DNA from: a virus | Taxonomy: Duplodnaviria > Caudoviricetes | Reading direction: 5' to 3' (one strand) | DNA length: 55,299 nucleotides | IMG/VR virus record: IMGVR_UViG_3300025138_010082 | Coordinates: 1 to 55,299 of that record | In this document: piece by piece, positions 38,196-46,929 of the stretch | Layout of the letters: every line of letters begins with the position of its first letter | How positions within the stretch are numbered: position 1 is the stretch's first letter | Notes under the pieces: model-generated | The model's database searches: none | Seen by the model: the letters and a program-made list of their open reading frames with translations, nothing else | What the model was told of the DNA's origin: nothing | Made by a program: the position numbers and the translations under genes

Positions 38196-38502
38196 TGTCT
38201 TCTTTTTGTTTAATAATTCCTAATACATCACTTTCTCCTGCTATGAGATATGTTTCATTTTCTATTTCTACTTTTTGGGCACCAAATTTAGGTACCATAA
38301 CTGTAGCTCCTACTTCTAATCTGTTTGGTATTAAAGTACCATCAGTACTAATTCTACCAGGGCCTACAGCTAATACTGTTCCCATTTCTGGTCTTTCACC
38401 ACCTGCATCAGGTATAATGATATTTCCATACGTTTGTTCTCCTTCTTCTTGTGGGAGAATTACAATTTTGTCACCTAAAGGTATAATTGGACTTTCTGTC
38501 AT
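38188..38502 (-). CDS. groES: Co-chaperonin GroES
   Basis: PLGDKIV, IIIPD, VLAVGPG, ESDVLG. Confidence 0.96.
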   Translation of the reverse strand: MTESPIIPLGDKIVILPQEEGEQTYGNIIIPDAGGERPEMGTVLAVGPGRISTDGTLIPNRLEVGATVMVPKFGAQKVEIENETYLIAGESDVLGIIKQKEDNE

Positions 38503-38503
38503 T

Positions 38504-38779
38504 TTAAATGTTTTTAAAAGGTTCTGTTAATTTATTTTTAATGTTATTAAAGCTTTCTATAAAGCCCGCTAATGTATAATTTTCTTTTCGATTAGCCAAA
38601 CTCATTCGTGATACTCTTAAAATAGCTGTGTCTAATTGTGCGTAATACCCTAATGGTTTGTTTTTATCTGTGTCTATTAAAACATATTGATCCTCTTCTA
38701 CTTGAATTTCATAGGGAGCGATAGCTGGATCTTTAATCATGCTCATTCTTTTAGTTTGTCCTTTTTGTCTTCCTTTCAT
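38504..38779 (-). CDS. Hypothetical protein
   Basis: ORF track. Confidence 0.6.
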   Translation of the reverse strand: MKGRQKGQTKRMSMIKDPAIAPYEIQVEEDQYVLIDTDKNKPLGYYAQLDTAILRVSRMSLANRKENYTLAGFIESFNNIKNKLTEPFKNI

Positions 38780-38789
38780 AACTTTTATT

Positions 38790-38954
38790 TTAATTATTTA
38801 TAATTCCTTTACCTAATATTAATGGAGAATCATCTTTGTGCATCAACACATGGATGCAGTTATTAAATTCCTTAATAATTAGTTGTTTATCTTTATATGA
38901 CTTATAATTTTTATAAACATATTCTGTAATTTGCTGTTTAATTTCTTTACTCAT
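38790..38954 (-). CDS. Small hypothetical protein (54 aa, MSKEIKQQ...)
   Basis: Manual translation; fills the gap. Confidence 0.55.
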   Translation of the reverse strand: MSKEIKQQITEYVYKNYKSYKDKQLIIKEFNNCIHVLMHKDDSPLILGKGIINN

Positions 38955-38957
38955 ACC

Positions 38958-39683
38958 TTAATTATTTTCTTGTTTTCTTACTAAATAATATCCTGTAAAT
39001 AAACTATCACCATGTTGTAAATGTGCGTCTAATAAACCTTTCTTATTAATACGAATTTCACCTGTATGGTAATCTTTATTTGCTTTTAATATTTCTTTCA
39101 TTAAATTAGAATCAAATGGTATAGCTCCAAATGATTCATTAATAGTTGCATTTTCTACTGTAAATTCAATTGTATTTGTAATATTTGTACCAACTGTAAA
39201 TACTAATTCTTCACCTGTAAAACCCTCTCGAGTTTCTACTGTAAATATGTCTAATTCACTTAATGCATCTTTTGACTTAACGAATCTAGTAATAAATTCA
39301 TCACTAATGCTAAAAGATACACTCCATTCATCTGAATTGCTACTTACATCTGGCACATTTGGTATTACAGCAGGATCTGCGAGATTAAATTTTATGTCAT
39401 AATTTGTATCTGCCATATTAAGCTTAGAGCTTGTAGCATCAACTAAAATGTCTCCATCTAAAATATTTAAACACTTAATAAGCTGTGATGTGTTAAAAAT
39501 ACCATAATCACCTGGTTTAAGACCAATTTCTTTTCTATAGTCTACATATCCTACTAGATTTTTAGAATCATTAATAAAATGAATAATTAATTTTTCATCT
39601 GTGATGATCCATTTAACTTTTTCAATATTATTACCTAATGAATATTTGGACACAATGTCCGATATAACCTTTTTATTTATCAT
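38958..39683 (-). CDS. DNA polymerase sliding clamp (gp45-like)
   Basis: 241 aa directly after the polymerase; GIFNTSQL, LADPAVI, terminal YYLV. Confidence 0.7.
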   Translation of the reverse strand: MINKKVISDIVSKYSLGNNIEKVKWIITDEKLIIHFINDSKNLVGYVDYRKEIGLKPGDYGIFNTSQLIKCLNILDGDILVDATSSKLNMADTNYDIKFNLADPAVIPNVPDVSSNSDEWSVSFSISDEFITRFVKSKDALSELDIFTVETREGFTGEELVFTVGTNITNTIEFTVENATINESFGAIPFDSNLMKEILKANKDYHTGEIRINKKGLLDAHLQHGDSLFTGYYLVRKQENN

Positions 39684-39692
39684 ATAACCTTT

Positions 39693-42341
39693 TTAAAACT
39701 TAAAAAATTGTTGAACATACGTATTTAGTGTTAAATTTCCCCAACCGAGATCTTGATAAAATGACTCTAATTTGTTCTTCAGTATCGTATCAAAAGATCT
39801 TGGTATATCCACATATTCTTCAATAAATTTACGAATAGGTAATGGCAAATCAAAATCTAAAAACCCCATAGTGTCAATTTTATATGGATTGTCTCTTAAA
39901 TAAACCCATTTAATTTTATCACCTTCTACAATTTGAGTGTGTTTTTTATCTAAATTTTTAAACTTAAGTAAGTCATTGTATCTTACAGCTGCTTTAACAC
40001 CTACAGGTGCTTTGTTTTCAAATTCACTAAATATACAATCTGCGCTAGCAGGGAGACCTGTGTATTTTTTTACATTTTTAACTCCTGTTGGTTTTGATAT
40101 TTTAACAAAGTCAATGTCTTTAAGTGATTCCTTAAATGCTAATATTTCTTTATCAATTTCTCCTCTTGTAGCACCAAATAGGATTTTATGTAATATTTCT
40201 TCAAAAAATGTTCTAAATAATGGTGGAAAATTAGACTTTTTAAAGTCAAGACCTTTTACGTCAATTTCATCACAAGGTACACCTTCTTTCTTTGTAATAT
40301 ACTGTGCATATCTACGTTTACCTGAAAAGAATGCAGAACGTATTGTACATTCCGTTTTCATTTCTAATCTGTGTTTGTCTACCGGGACATTGAATGCATC
40401 TAATGCAAGGTAATTATAATATTCGTTGATTTTCTTTTCATATTCTAATGACATTGCTTCAAGCTTGTCTGCTTTAACTGTTTCATCTAAATCATCAAAA
40501 TCCGGATTTAACTTACGTAATAATGGTTCAGCATTAACATAACATGAATCTGTGTCTTCATACACTACAACACTACTACATTCTTCATATCGTTGGCGAG
40601 GTGTGGTTCTAATTTCATAAACGTCTTTACCTGTTTCTAATGTTTCTTCAGCTGTCTTATTTATAAATGTACCTGAATCTTGAATGATTCTTTGTCCTGT
40701 AAGTGTAATACCTTCACTTAATAATACAGACCCATATCTAAACGTAGGTAATGCAGTAGCACCATACAATGAATTAAGTAAAATTTTCATTGTATATTGA
40801 CGTAAATGGTTTAAATCACCTTCTTCTTTATTACCTGCTTTGTATGCTTTTTTCATAGCATTTTTATATTCAACTCTTTCGTCAAACCATTTGCTAAGTA
40901 CAACTGACAATGTAGACGGTTTGTCTGTTCTAAACATTACACCATTAGCTGTAATTGCTAGATTATTTTGTTTGATTAATGCTAATATTTCACCAACAGA
41001 CAATATCTTTTTTCTTCGTTGTAAGTTTTCAACTTCAAATTCATCCTTAGGATCCATTTTTTTAAGATCATTAAGAGCTAAACGATTATTTCTATCATCT
41101 AATGTTACAAGTCGTCCTACTAATGTTTCTCTACCAATGTTAAGAGACATAATAATTGAGGGATACAGTGAAGTTAAATCTTCATCGAACATGTAATTAT
41201 AAATGCCCGTTTTGGGGCAAAATAAATAACCCCCAGCGTACGATAATTTATTTCCATCTGCATCTTCCTTTATAATTGGGTTAGGATCTTTATTAGGTGG
41301 GATAATTTCTTCACCTAACAAGTAAGCTGATATGGCTCCATCTTGTGTTCTAGATGATTGATAAACTTCCTCATACACACATTTTCCTTTGTGTGATATG
41401 TTTTTGGTTAAATCTAAATATTTAAACTTTTCATCTAATTTTTTAAGTATTAAAACATCAACAAAATTATAATCTATAAACTTTTGTTTGTCTTCAGCGA
41501 ATAATCTGTCTAATGATCCGTCATATTCAATTTTCTTTTGGTTAACATACTTTTCACCTAAAGAATCTAATTTCATTGATGGTTCTTGTTGAAACGAATA
41601 TTTTTTATGTAACCGCATATAATCGAGTGACGTTACACCTGCAATTCTAATTGGTTGATCTGGATACCATCTTTTATCTCGTTCTTCAACTATTCTAATT
41701 GGTGACAAACGTTTTGCTGTACGTTCACCTAAACGATTTTTTATTCTGTAATAAATGTAGGGAATGTCAAAATAATCACTGTTATAACCTACTAAAATGT
41801 CAGGTGCTATGGCTTCTAATCTAGTTAAAAATACTTCAATTAAATCATTTTCTCTACTTACAGGAATAATTTCTCTACCATCCTGAATGCCTGCTTTAAT
41901 TTCACCTGTTTTGTCTAATATAACAATTGCCCATTGGTCTGTTTGTTTGTCCCACCAAGCAATTGATGTAATAGGTTTGGGTGCTAACGCAATGTATTCA
42001 GGTGTTAATGCACCACCCATTTCGATTTCAATGTCGAAAAATACTTCTCTATGAGTTTTAGAAGTTTCATCATTAGTACCATACTTGTCAATTAGAAACT
42101 TTGTGTGTATGTTTCCTCTAGTATGGTCTGTGTAATGTAAACCTTCAGTTTCTCTATTCCAATTGTAAATTTTCTTTAATGGTTCGTCTTTAAGACCCCA
42201 ATTAGTAGCGTGATATTGATCACATTCTTGATAACCATAATTTCGAAATTCTTCAACAGAATAACCTTCATCTGTCCATAAATGAACATCATAAACGTTC
42301 CAAACGTCAGGTTTTTTTACTACATAACAATTTTTATACAT
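39693..42341 (-). CDS. Family B DNA polymerase (gp43-like)
   Basis: Exo FDIE, YN...FD, YNFVD; pol DLTSLYPS, KILLNSLYG, YEDTDS, KRRYA. Confidence 0.97.
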   Translation of the reverse strand: MYKNCYVVKKPDVWNVYDVHLWTDEGYSVEEFRNYGYQECDQYHATNWGLKDEPLKKIYNWNRETEGLHYTDHTRGNIHTKFLIDKYGTNDETSKTHREVFFDIEIEMGGALTPEYIALAPKPITSIAWWDKQTDQWAIVILDKTGEIKAGIQDGREIIPVSRENDLIEVFLTRLEAIAPDILVGYNSDYFDIPYIYYRIKNRLGERTAKRLSPIRIVEERDKRWYPDQPIRIAGVTSLDYMRLHKKYSFQQEPSMKLDSLGEKYVNQKKIEYDGSLDRLFAEDKQKFIDYNFVDVLILKKLDEKFKYLDLTKNISHKGKCVYEEVYQSSRTQDGAISAYLLGEEIIPPNKDPNPIIKEDADGNKLSYAGGYLFCPKTGIYNYMFDEDLTSLYPSIIMSLNIGRETLVGRLVTLDDRNNRLALNDLKKMDPKDEFEVENLQRRKKILSVGEILALIKQNNLAITANGVMFRTDKPSTLSVVLSKWFDERVEYKNAMKKAYKAGNKEEGDLNHLRQYTMKILLNSLYGATALPTFRYGSVLLSEGITLTGQRIIQDSGTFINKTAEETLETGKDVYEIRTTPRQRYEECSSVVVYEDTDSCYVNAEPLLRKLNPDFDDLDETVKADKLEAMSLEYEKKINEYYNYLALDAFNVPVDKHRLEMKTECTIRSAFFSGKRRYAQYITKKEGVPCDEIDVKGLDFKKSNFPPLFRTFFEEILHKILFGATRGEIDKEILAFKESLKDIDFVKISKPTGVKNVKKYTGLPASADCIFSEFENKAPVGVKAAVRYNDLLKFKNLDKKHTQIVEGDKIKWVYLRDNPYKIDTMGFLDFDLPLPIRKFIEEYVDIPRSFDTILKNKLESFYQDLGWGNLTLNTYVQQFFKF

Positions 42342-42346
42342 ACGCC

Positions 42347-42375
42347 AATATACGAAGAATATTTTACTTCTCCAA
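42347..42375 (-). promoter_or_regulatory. Putative promoter TTGG-N15-TTCGTATATT upstream of DNA polymerase
   Basis: Fourth copy; 5 nt from the ATG at 42341. Confidence 0.75.
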
Positions 42376-42380
42376 ATTTT

Positions 42381-42548
42381 TTACACAAGTTCTTCAATTA
42401 TTCCTACTACTTCACTTAAAATTAAAAATGTAGTAGCCCAAAGTAAATTAAATGGTATACATGCGTATCCTGCTATGCGAATACCTGATTTAACAAAGCT
42501 AATTTGTTGGTGTAATTTAGGATCTGGTAGTTTATCTAAGTTCTTCAT
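42381..42548 (-). CDS. Small membrane protein (55 aa)
   Basis: Manual translation MKNLDKLPDPKLHQQISFVKSGIRIAGYACIPFNLLWATTFLILSEVVGIIEELV. Confidence 0.65.
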   Translation of the reverse strand: MKNLDKLPDPKLHQQISFVKSGIRIAGYACIPFNLLWATTFLILSEVVGIIEELV

Positions 42549-43065
42549 CTGTAAAAAATTGTTTTAAATCTGGTGCAAAATAATTAATTGATTTCATTAC
42601 TTTTCTATCACTTGAACGATATACTACATAACGATCTCCTACTTGTTCCCAATGACATGGGTGTCCTTTTTCTAAAGCTCTTACTTTAACTGTTTCTTCA
42701 GCTATTTCTTGAGTTTCACATGATTTAGACATATTTGAAGCTTGTACCTCTTGATATGCTTTCCAAATTTTACCTTTTAAACCATGTAATAAAGTTCCGT
42801 TACCTAAAGAAACATAAGTAATATCACATAATGCATCTAATATTCCTACTATGTCTCCTTTTTCACAAGCTTCTTTATATTCTTCTAATTCTTCAAGAAT
42901 AAAATCATACACAAATTGCCATTCTTTCTTTTCACCAATTATTGGTTTATAATTGTTTGGTTTGCCGAATGTGTCATTAAATTCTTGTACTTCATCTACA
43001 AATGGTACTTCCCAATATTTAGGGCCTAATTCTGAATCTTTAAATAATTTTAATTGTTTACCCAT
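42532..43065 (-). CDS. MazG-like/PRA-PH family NTP pyrophosphohydrolase
   Basis: LEELEEY, LDALCDITYV, EVQASNMSK, KVMKS..Y..PDL. Confidence 0.85.
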   Translation of the reverse strand: MGKQLKLFKDSELGPKYWEVPFVDEVQEFNDTFGKPNNYKPIIGEKKEWQFVYDFILEELEEYKEACEKGDIVGILDALCDITYVSLGNGTLLHGLKGKIWKAYQEVQASNMSKSCETQEIAEETVKVRALEKGHPCHWEQVGDRYVVYRSSDRKVMKSINYFAPDLKQFFTDEELR

Positions 43066-43265
43066 TATTCTAAAATTTTAATAATTTTTGATTCTTTTAC
43101 TGATTTTACTTGGTAATCCATTGAATAACCTTCAAATTCTTTTACTACTTTAGCTTCCGCTTCTGTAACTGATTCTGCTTCAACACAATATGTTTCATTT
43201 GTGTTTGAAACTCTACCTCTTTCGTTCTCGTCTTGAACTTTTACTGTTGCAATGTAATATGACAT
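43065..43265 (-). CDS. DUF4494-like protein
   Basis: ETYCVEAESVTEAEAKV...VKESKI, a family typical of Bacteroidota. Confidence 0.7.
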   Translation of the reverse strand: MSYYIATVKVQDENERGRVSNTNETYCVEAESVTEAEAKVVKEFEGYSMDYQVKSVKESKIIKILE

Positions 43266-43266
43266 A

Positions 43267-43425
43267 TTATTTGTGATTTCTTTTAAAGTCAGCAGATAAA
43301 TTTTTAATTTTATTGGCTGCAGATCTACATCTTCCTTTTGCTGCGGCTGTTGTTTTATCTATTTCTGATTCAATTAATACTATTTGTTCTTTAATTGCGT
43401 TTACTAATTCTTGTGAGTTTTCCAT
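43267..43425 (-). CDS. Histone H1-like (Hc1-like) small protein (52 aa)
   Basis: Manual translation ...DKTTAAAKGRCRSAANKIKNLSADFKRNHK resembles the KAAGxRARK...K..R motif. Confidence 0.55.
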   Translation of the reverse strand: MENSQELVNAIKEQIVLIESEIDKTTAAAKGRCRSAANKIKNLSADFKRNHK

Positions 43426-43442
43426 AATTTTTGTTTTTAATT

Positions 43443-43955
43443 TTAATTTAAATTTATATATAATTTTCGATTTCTAATATACATTCTACCTGTAGGGATT
43501 TTATTTAATTCTCTACCTTGTAGATCGTATATTTTATTGTTTTGGATATTATTAAATGTTAATTCTTCAATACCCATAGGTGAGTCTGTATTATTTACTC
43601 TTGCCCATCTTAGAGAGTCTACATCCCAAGCTAGATTAAAACAGCAATTTAACGTGTCAGGTTGATTAAACCATGTTATGTAACTTACACACGTTGTGAG
43701 TGTATCTGCTAATCCAGGGTTTAAAACAACATGGAGGCATGAGCTACCACTAAACTGTAAACAACTGTCTGAACCTAAAATTAAATTGTCAGCGAATGTG
43801 AGCATATACACAGGTGTATACATATCTGATATAGGTTCTACAGTTAAAATCTCCTGGTCCCAATACAGATCTATAATTATTGAATCACATATTGTGGTTT
43901 GTGCTTGTGTTTGTAGTCCAAGCGAAACTAATAATACTACTAATAATTTTTTCAT
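43443..43955 (-). CDS. Secreted protein with T9SS C-terminal-signal-like tail
   Basis: Sec signal ending TQA/Q; C-terminal GIEE...IYDLQGRE...GRMYIRNRKLYI. Confidence 0.7.
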   Translation of the reverse strand: MKKLLVVLLVSLGLQTQAQTTICDSIIIDLYWDQEILTVEPISDMYTPVYMLTFADNLILGSDSCLQFSGSSCLHVVLNPGLADTLTTCVSYITWFNQPDTLNCCFNLAWDVDSLRWARVNNTDSPMGIEELTFNNIQNNKIYDLQGRELNKIPTGRMYIRNRKLYINLN

Positions 43956-43971
43956 CTTCTTTTTTTAGTTG

Positions 43972-44661
43972 TTATATATTATGTCCTCCGTTATTAATCT
44001 TCAGACTGTCAAAAAATTCTTTTCTTGATAAATTGTTGTTTTCTCTAAATACACCTGATGCTTTTGTTGTAACCATAGCAGCACCTTGGTGTTTTACACC
44101 TCTACAAGACACACAATTGTGAGTGCCTACAATAGTAACAATTACTCCTTTATTACCTTCGGTGATTTGTGATACAGCATTGTGAATTGCTGATGTTAAT
44201 TGTTCTTGAATGGCTCCTCTTCTACTAAATAGTTCTACAATTCTATTCAACTTAGATAAACCAATTACTTTACCTTCTTCTCCAGCAATATAACCAATAT
44301 GAACCACCCCACCAATTGTTTGGTGGTGGTGTGAACACATTGAAGTTAGTGGAATGTTTCTTTCGATTACAATTCCATCGTAACCATCGGAAGGGAAGGA
44401 AGTAACAGGTGACATTGCAGTGTATCTACCAGCCCACAAATCATTAACATAGGCCTTAGCTACACGTCTCGGTGTGTCAGATGAATTTGGATCATTTTTC
44501 CAATCACATTTTAATGCATCTAAAAAATTACCAAAGGCTACAGTGGCCTCTTCGATTATTTTTTCTTTTTCTTTATCTTTTAAGGGAAAACCAGGTGCTA
44601 CACCATTTGCAAAACCTTGTTGTACTACTTCTAAATTAAATGTTTTTTTCTCTTCTGCCAT
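43972..44661 (-). CDS. folE: GTP cyclohydrolase I
   Basis: TPRRVAKAY, SMCSHH, GLSKLNR, IQE.LT, HNCVSCRGV. Confidence 0.96.
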   Translation of the reverse strand: MAEEKKTFNLEVVQQGFANGVAPGFPLKDKEKEKIIEEATVAFGNFLDALKCDWKNDPNSSDTPRRVAKAYVNDLWAGRYTAMSPVTSFPSDGYDGIVIERNIPLTSMCSHHHQTIGGVVHIGYIAGEEGKVIGLSKLNRIVELFSRRGAIQEQLTSAIHNAVSQITEGNKGVIVTIVGTHNCVSCRGVKHQGAAMVTTKASGVFRENNNLSRKEFFDSLKINNGGHNI

Positions 44662-45170
44662 TATAATACGTGTATTGTGTCTAAATTTCTACTATATCCT
44701 TTGGGGCCATCCATACCATATCCTATATACCATGGATTAACTCCCTCTGGTTGTTTATATATAAAAAAGTGGTTTGGGAAATCCAAATTTTCTTTATAAA
44801 CTGCTGAAACTGTTTCAATTTGTTTTGCTCCTAATTCTTTATAATGGTTTTTTAAAGCATTTAATGTGTTTCCACTGTCTAAAATATCATCTATAAGAAA
44901 TACTGTTTTGTTTTCTATATTTGTTTCAATATCATAATGAATTTCGAGTGATTTTTGTTCTTGACCACTATATGAACTACATTTAATAAAATCAACTTCA
45001 ATAGGATAATTTATGTGTTTTACTAAATCGCTAGAAAACATAAATCCACCTTTCATAACACAAACAAACACAATTCCACCTCCAATTTCATGACATTTGT
45101 CTGTTAATGTTGTTCCCAGATCTTTTACTTGATTTTCTAATTGTATTTTGGATATTAATTTTTTACTCAT
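44661..45170 (-). CDS. hpt: Purine (hypoxanthine/guanine-type) phosphoribosyltransferase
   Basis: MKGGFMF.SDL, SSY, LIDDILDSGNTL PRPP loop, IGYGMD, RNL. Confidence 0.9.
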   Translation of the reverse strand: MSKKLISKIQLENQVKDLGTTLTDKCHEIGGGIVFVCVMKGGFMFSSDLVKHINYPIEVDFIKCSSYSGQEQKSLEIHYDIETNIENKTVFLIDDILDSGNTLNALKNHYKELGAKQIETVSAVYKENLDFPNHFFIYKQPEGVNPWYIGYGMDGPKGYSRNLDTIHVL

Positions 45171-45300
45171 TTTCTTCTATAAACTTTTTTAATTTTTCAA
45201 TTAATGTTAATACTTCATCAGGTTCCATAGTTACAGCACAGCAAATATTTACATTTTCTGTAATTTCCTCTAATACTTCTAATGCTTCTTCTTTAGACAT
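45163..45300 (-). CDS. Small acidic protein (45 aa) with CC motif
   Basis: Manual translation MSKEEALEVLEEITENVNICCAVTMEPDEVLTLIEKLKKFIEENE; start overlaps the queE stop. Confidence 0.55.
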   Translation of the reverse strand: MSKEEALEVLEEITENVNICCAVTMEPDEVLTLIEKLKKFIEENE

Positions 45301-46076
45301 TATACTTCACGTTGGTCTTCAAAGGCTATAATGTGGGGTCTCCAAGTCATTCTATAACCATTATCTCTAACCCAATCAAATACTAAAGGGTAGGATTTAA
45401 ATAATCCTTCTCTTGAATCTCCTGCTGGCATAAACCATACTTTTTCAGGTTTAACTTCTAATATTGCAATACATTCCATAATCTCAGCCAGCGCCTCCTG
45501 ATCTTTACCATCCCACACAGGTTTAATATGATAATCTGAGTGATATGCAATTGATTGCTTTATAGCATCATAATTAAGTCTTTTTCTATTGTGAATGTCT
45601 ACGAATTTTTGGTCAACCACTTTCCCAGCTGGAGTAACAGTCCCCACAACAGGCACGGAATTACTAAACTTAGGGCTAATAGACAACAAGTTAATAGGAT
45701 AATCGGTTTCAACAAAATGAGATCCTTCAGTTTCGATAGTGATAAAAATATTTTTTTCATGTGCAAAGTGTGTTAATTCATTAACTAATTTAGGATGCAT
45801 TGTTGGAGAACCCCCAGTTAACATCATTTCTTTAATGTGAGGATTTTTATCATACATTTTAATAATATCATTAAAATTAAATGTCCCTTTTTCTGGGTGT
45901 ATACTAGTATACCAACTATCACACCAACCACCTTCACCAAAGTAACATCTGTGAGTACATCCGGTTGTTCTAATTACTACTGTGGGGTAACCTGCTCTAG
46001 ATCCTTCTGATTGTACTGCGGTGTAAATTTCTACAATGGGTAGATTTTTATTATAATCTTCTATTCTTTTACGCAT
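45300..46076 (-). CDS. queE: 7-carboxy-7-deazaguanine synthase (radical SAM)
   Basis: EIY..VQSEG...G.P, GCTHRC...WCDS, LTGG.P, IETEG, SISPK. Confidence 0.92.
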   Translation of the reverse strand: MRKRIEDYNKNLPIVEIYTAVQSEGSRAGYPTVVIRTTGCTHRCYFGEGGWCDSWYTSIHPEKGTFNFNDIIKMYDKNPHIKEMMLTGGSPTMHPKLVNELTHFAHEKNIFITIETEGSHFVETDYPINLLSISPKFSNSVPVVGTVTPAGKVVDQKFVDIHNRKRLNYDAIKQSIAYHSDYHIKPVWDGKDQEALAEIMECIAILEVKPEKVWFMPAGDSREGLFKSYPLVFDWVRDNGYRMTWRPHIIAFEDQREV

Positions 46077-46929
46077 GTTTTGCTAATAATTCTGTTACAT
46101 GTTGTTTTGCTGTTTCCCATCCATCAATATATTCAACAGGGTCTTTTCTGTCTAATTTTAGAAATGCTTCTATTCTTTCTACAGATGAAGCTGATTTGTA
46201 ATCTGATCTTCCTTCTGCGTCTGGTTTGTATGAGGTGTTTGTTCTTTTATAAACTTCATCAAAATCTAAGTCTAATTTTTTACAACATCTTTCACCATCT
46301 TTTAAAATGTCAAATTTATCCCCATCTAAATAAGGTGTATAATATGTTACTTGTTCAGCATCCCAATTACCTTGTTTAAATGCTTCATAATCTGCATCTC
46401 TAAATTCTTGTCTACAGTCAGGGTAAATTGCATGGTCACCTGCATGAATACCCATTGCTATTTTTACTTCACATTCTTTTTGTTGAGCAACAGACAATGC
46501 TACTGCTTGGATAATAGATGAAAACATTTTATTTCTGTTAGGTACAACAGTGTCTTTCATATTATCTTCTTCATAATGACCTTCTGGAACATCATCACCT
46601 CCTTTTACTAAATTTGAATCTAAAAGAGAAACTAATCCTTGTAATGTAATTCTTTGATATTTTACTGGATAGCCAGCTTTATCAAGATATTCAATTAATT
46701 CTGCTGCTCTTTCTAATTCTACATTGTGTTTTTGACCATAATCAAAACTTAACGCTGTTACTTTATAATCGTTTGCTAACAGGTGTAATAATACTGTACT
46801 ACTATCCATTCCACCTGATAATGATAATACTGCTTGTTTTTTCATATTGTTATTTTTATACTCATACCAATTTGGGTTTGGTAATTCTGAGTAATGATCC
46901 CATAATTCTTTTTCTACTATTTCCGACAT
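46069..46929 (-). CDS. queC: 7-cyano-7-deazaguanine synthase, variant lacking Zn-binding cysteines (core starts 46845)
   Basis: SGGMDS, FDYGQKH..E, VPNRN, YPDCR. Confidence 0.92.
   Translation of the reverse strand: MSEIVEKELWDHYSELPNPNWYEYKNNNMKKQAVLSLSGGMDSSTVLLHLLANDYKVTALSFDYGQKHNVELERAAELIEYLDKAGYPVKYQRITLQGLVSLLDSNLVKGGDDVPEGHYEEDNMKDTVVPNRNKMFSSIIQAVALSVAQQKECEVKIAMGIHAGDHAIYPDCRQEFRDADYEAFKQGNWDAEQVTYYTPYLDGDKFDILKDGERCCKKLDLDFDEVYKRTNTSYKPDAEGRSDYKSASSVERIEAFLKLDRKDPVEYIDGWETAKQHVTELLAKHA

Noticed and set aside
9849-38502. Cellular (bacterial chromosome) origin suggested by groEL, rpsU, gmd and cysC
   Set aside because: T4-like replisome genes, single-strand dense coding, isolated rpsU and lack of polysaccharide export genes fit a large phage better.
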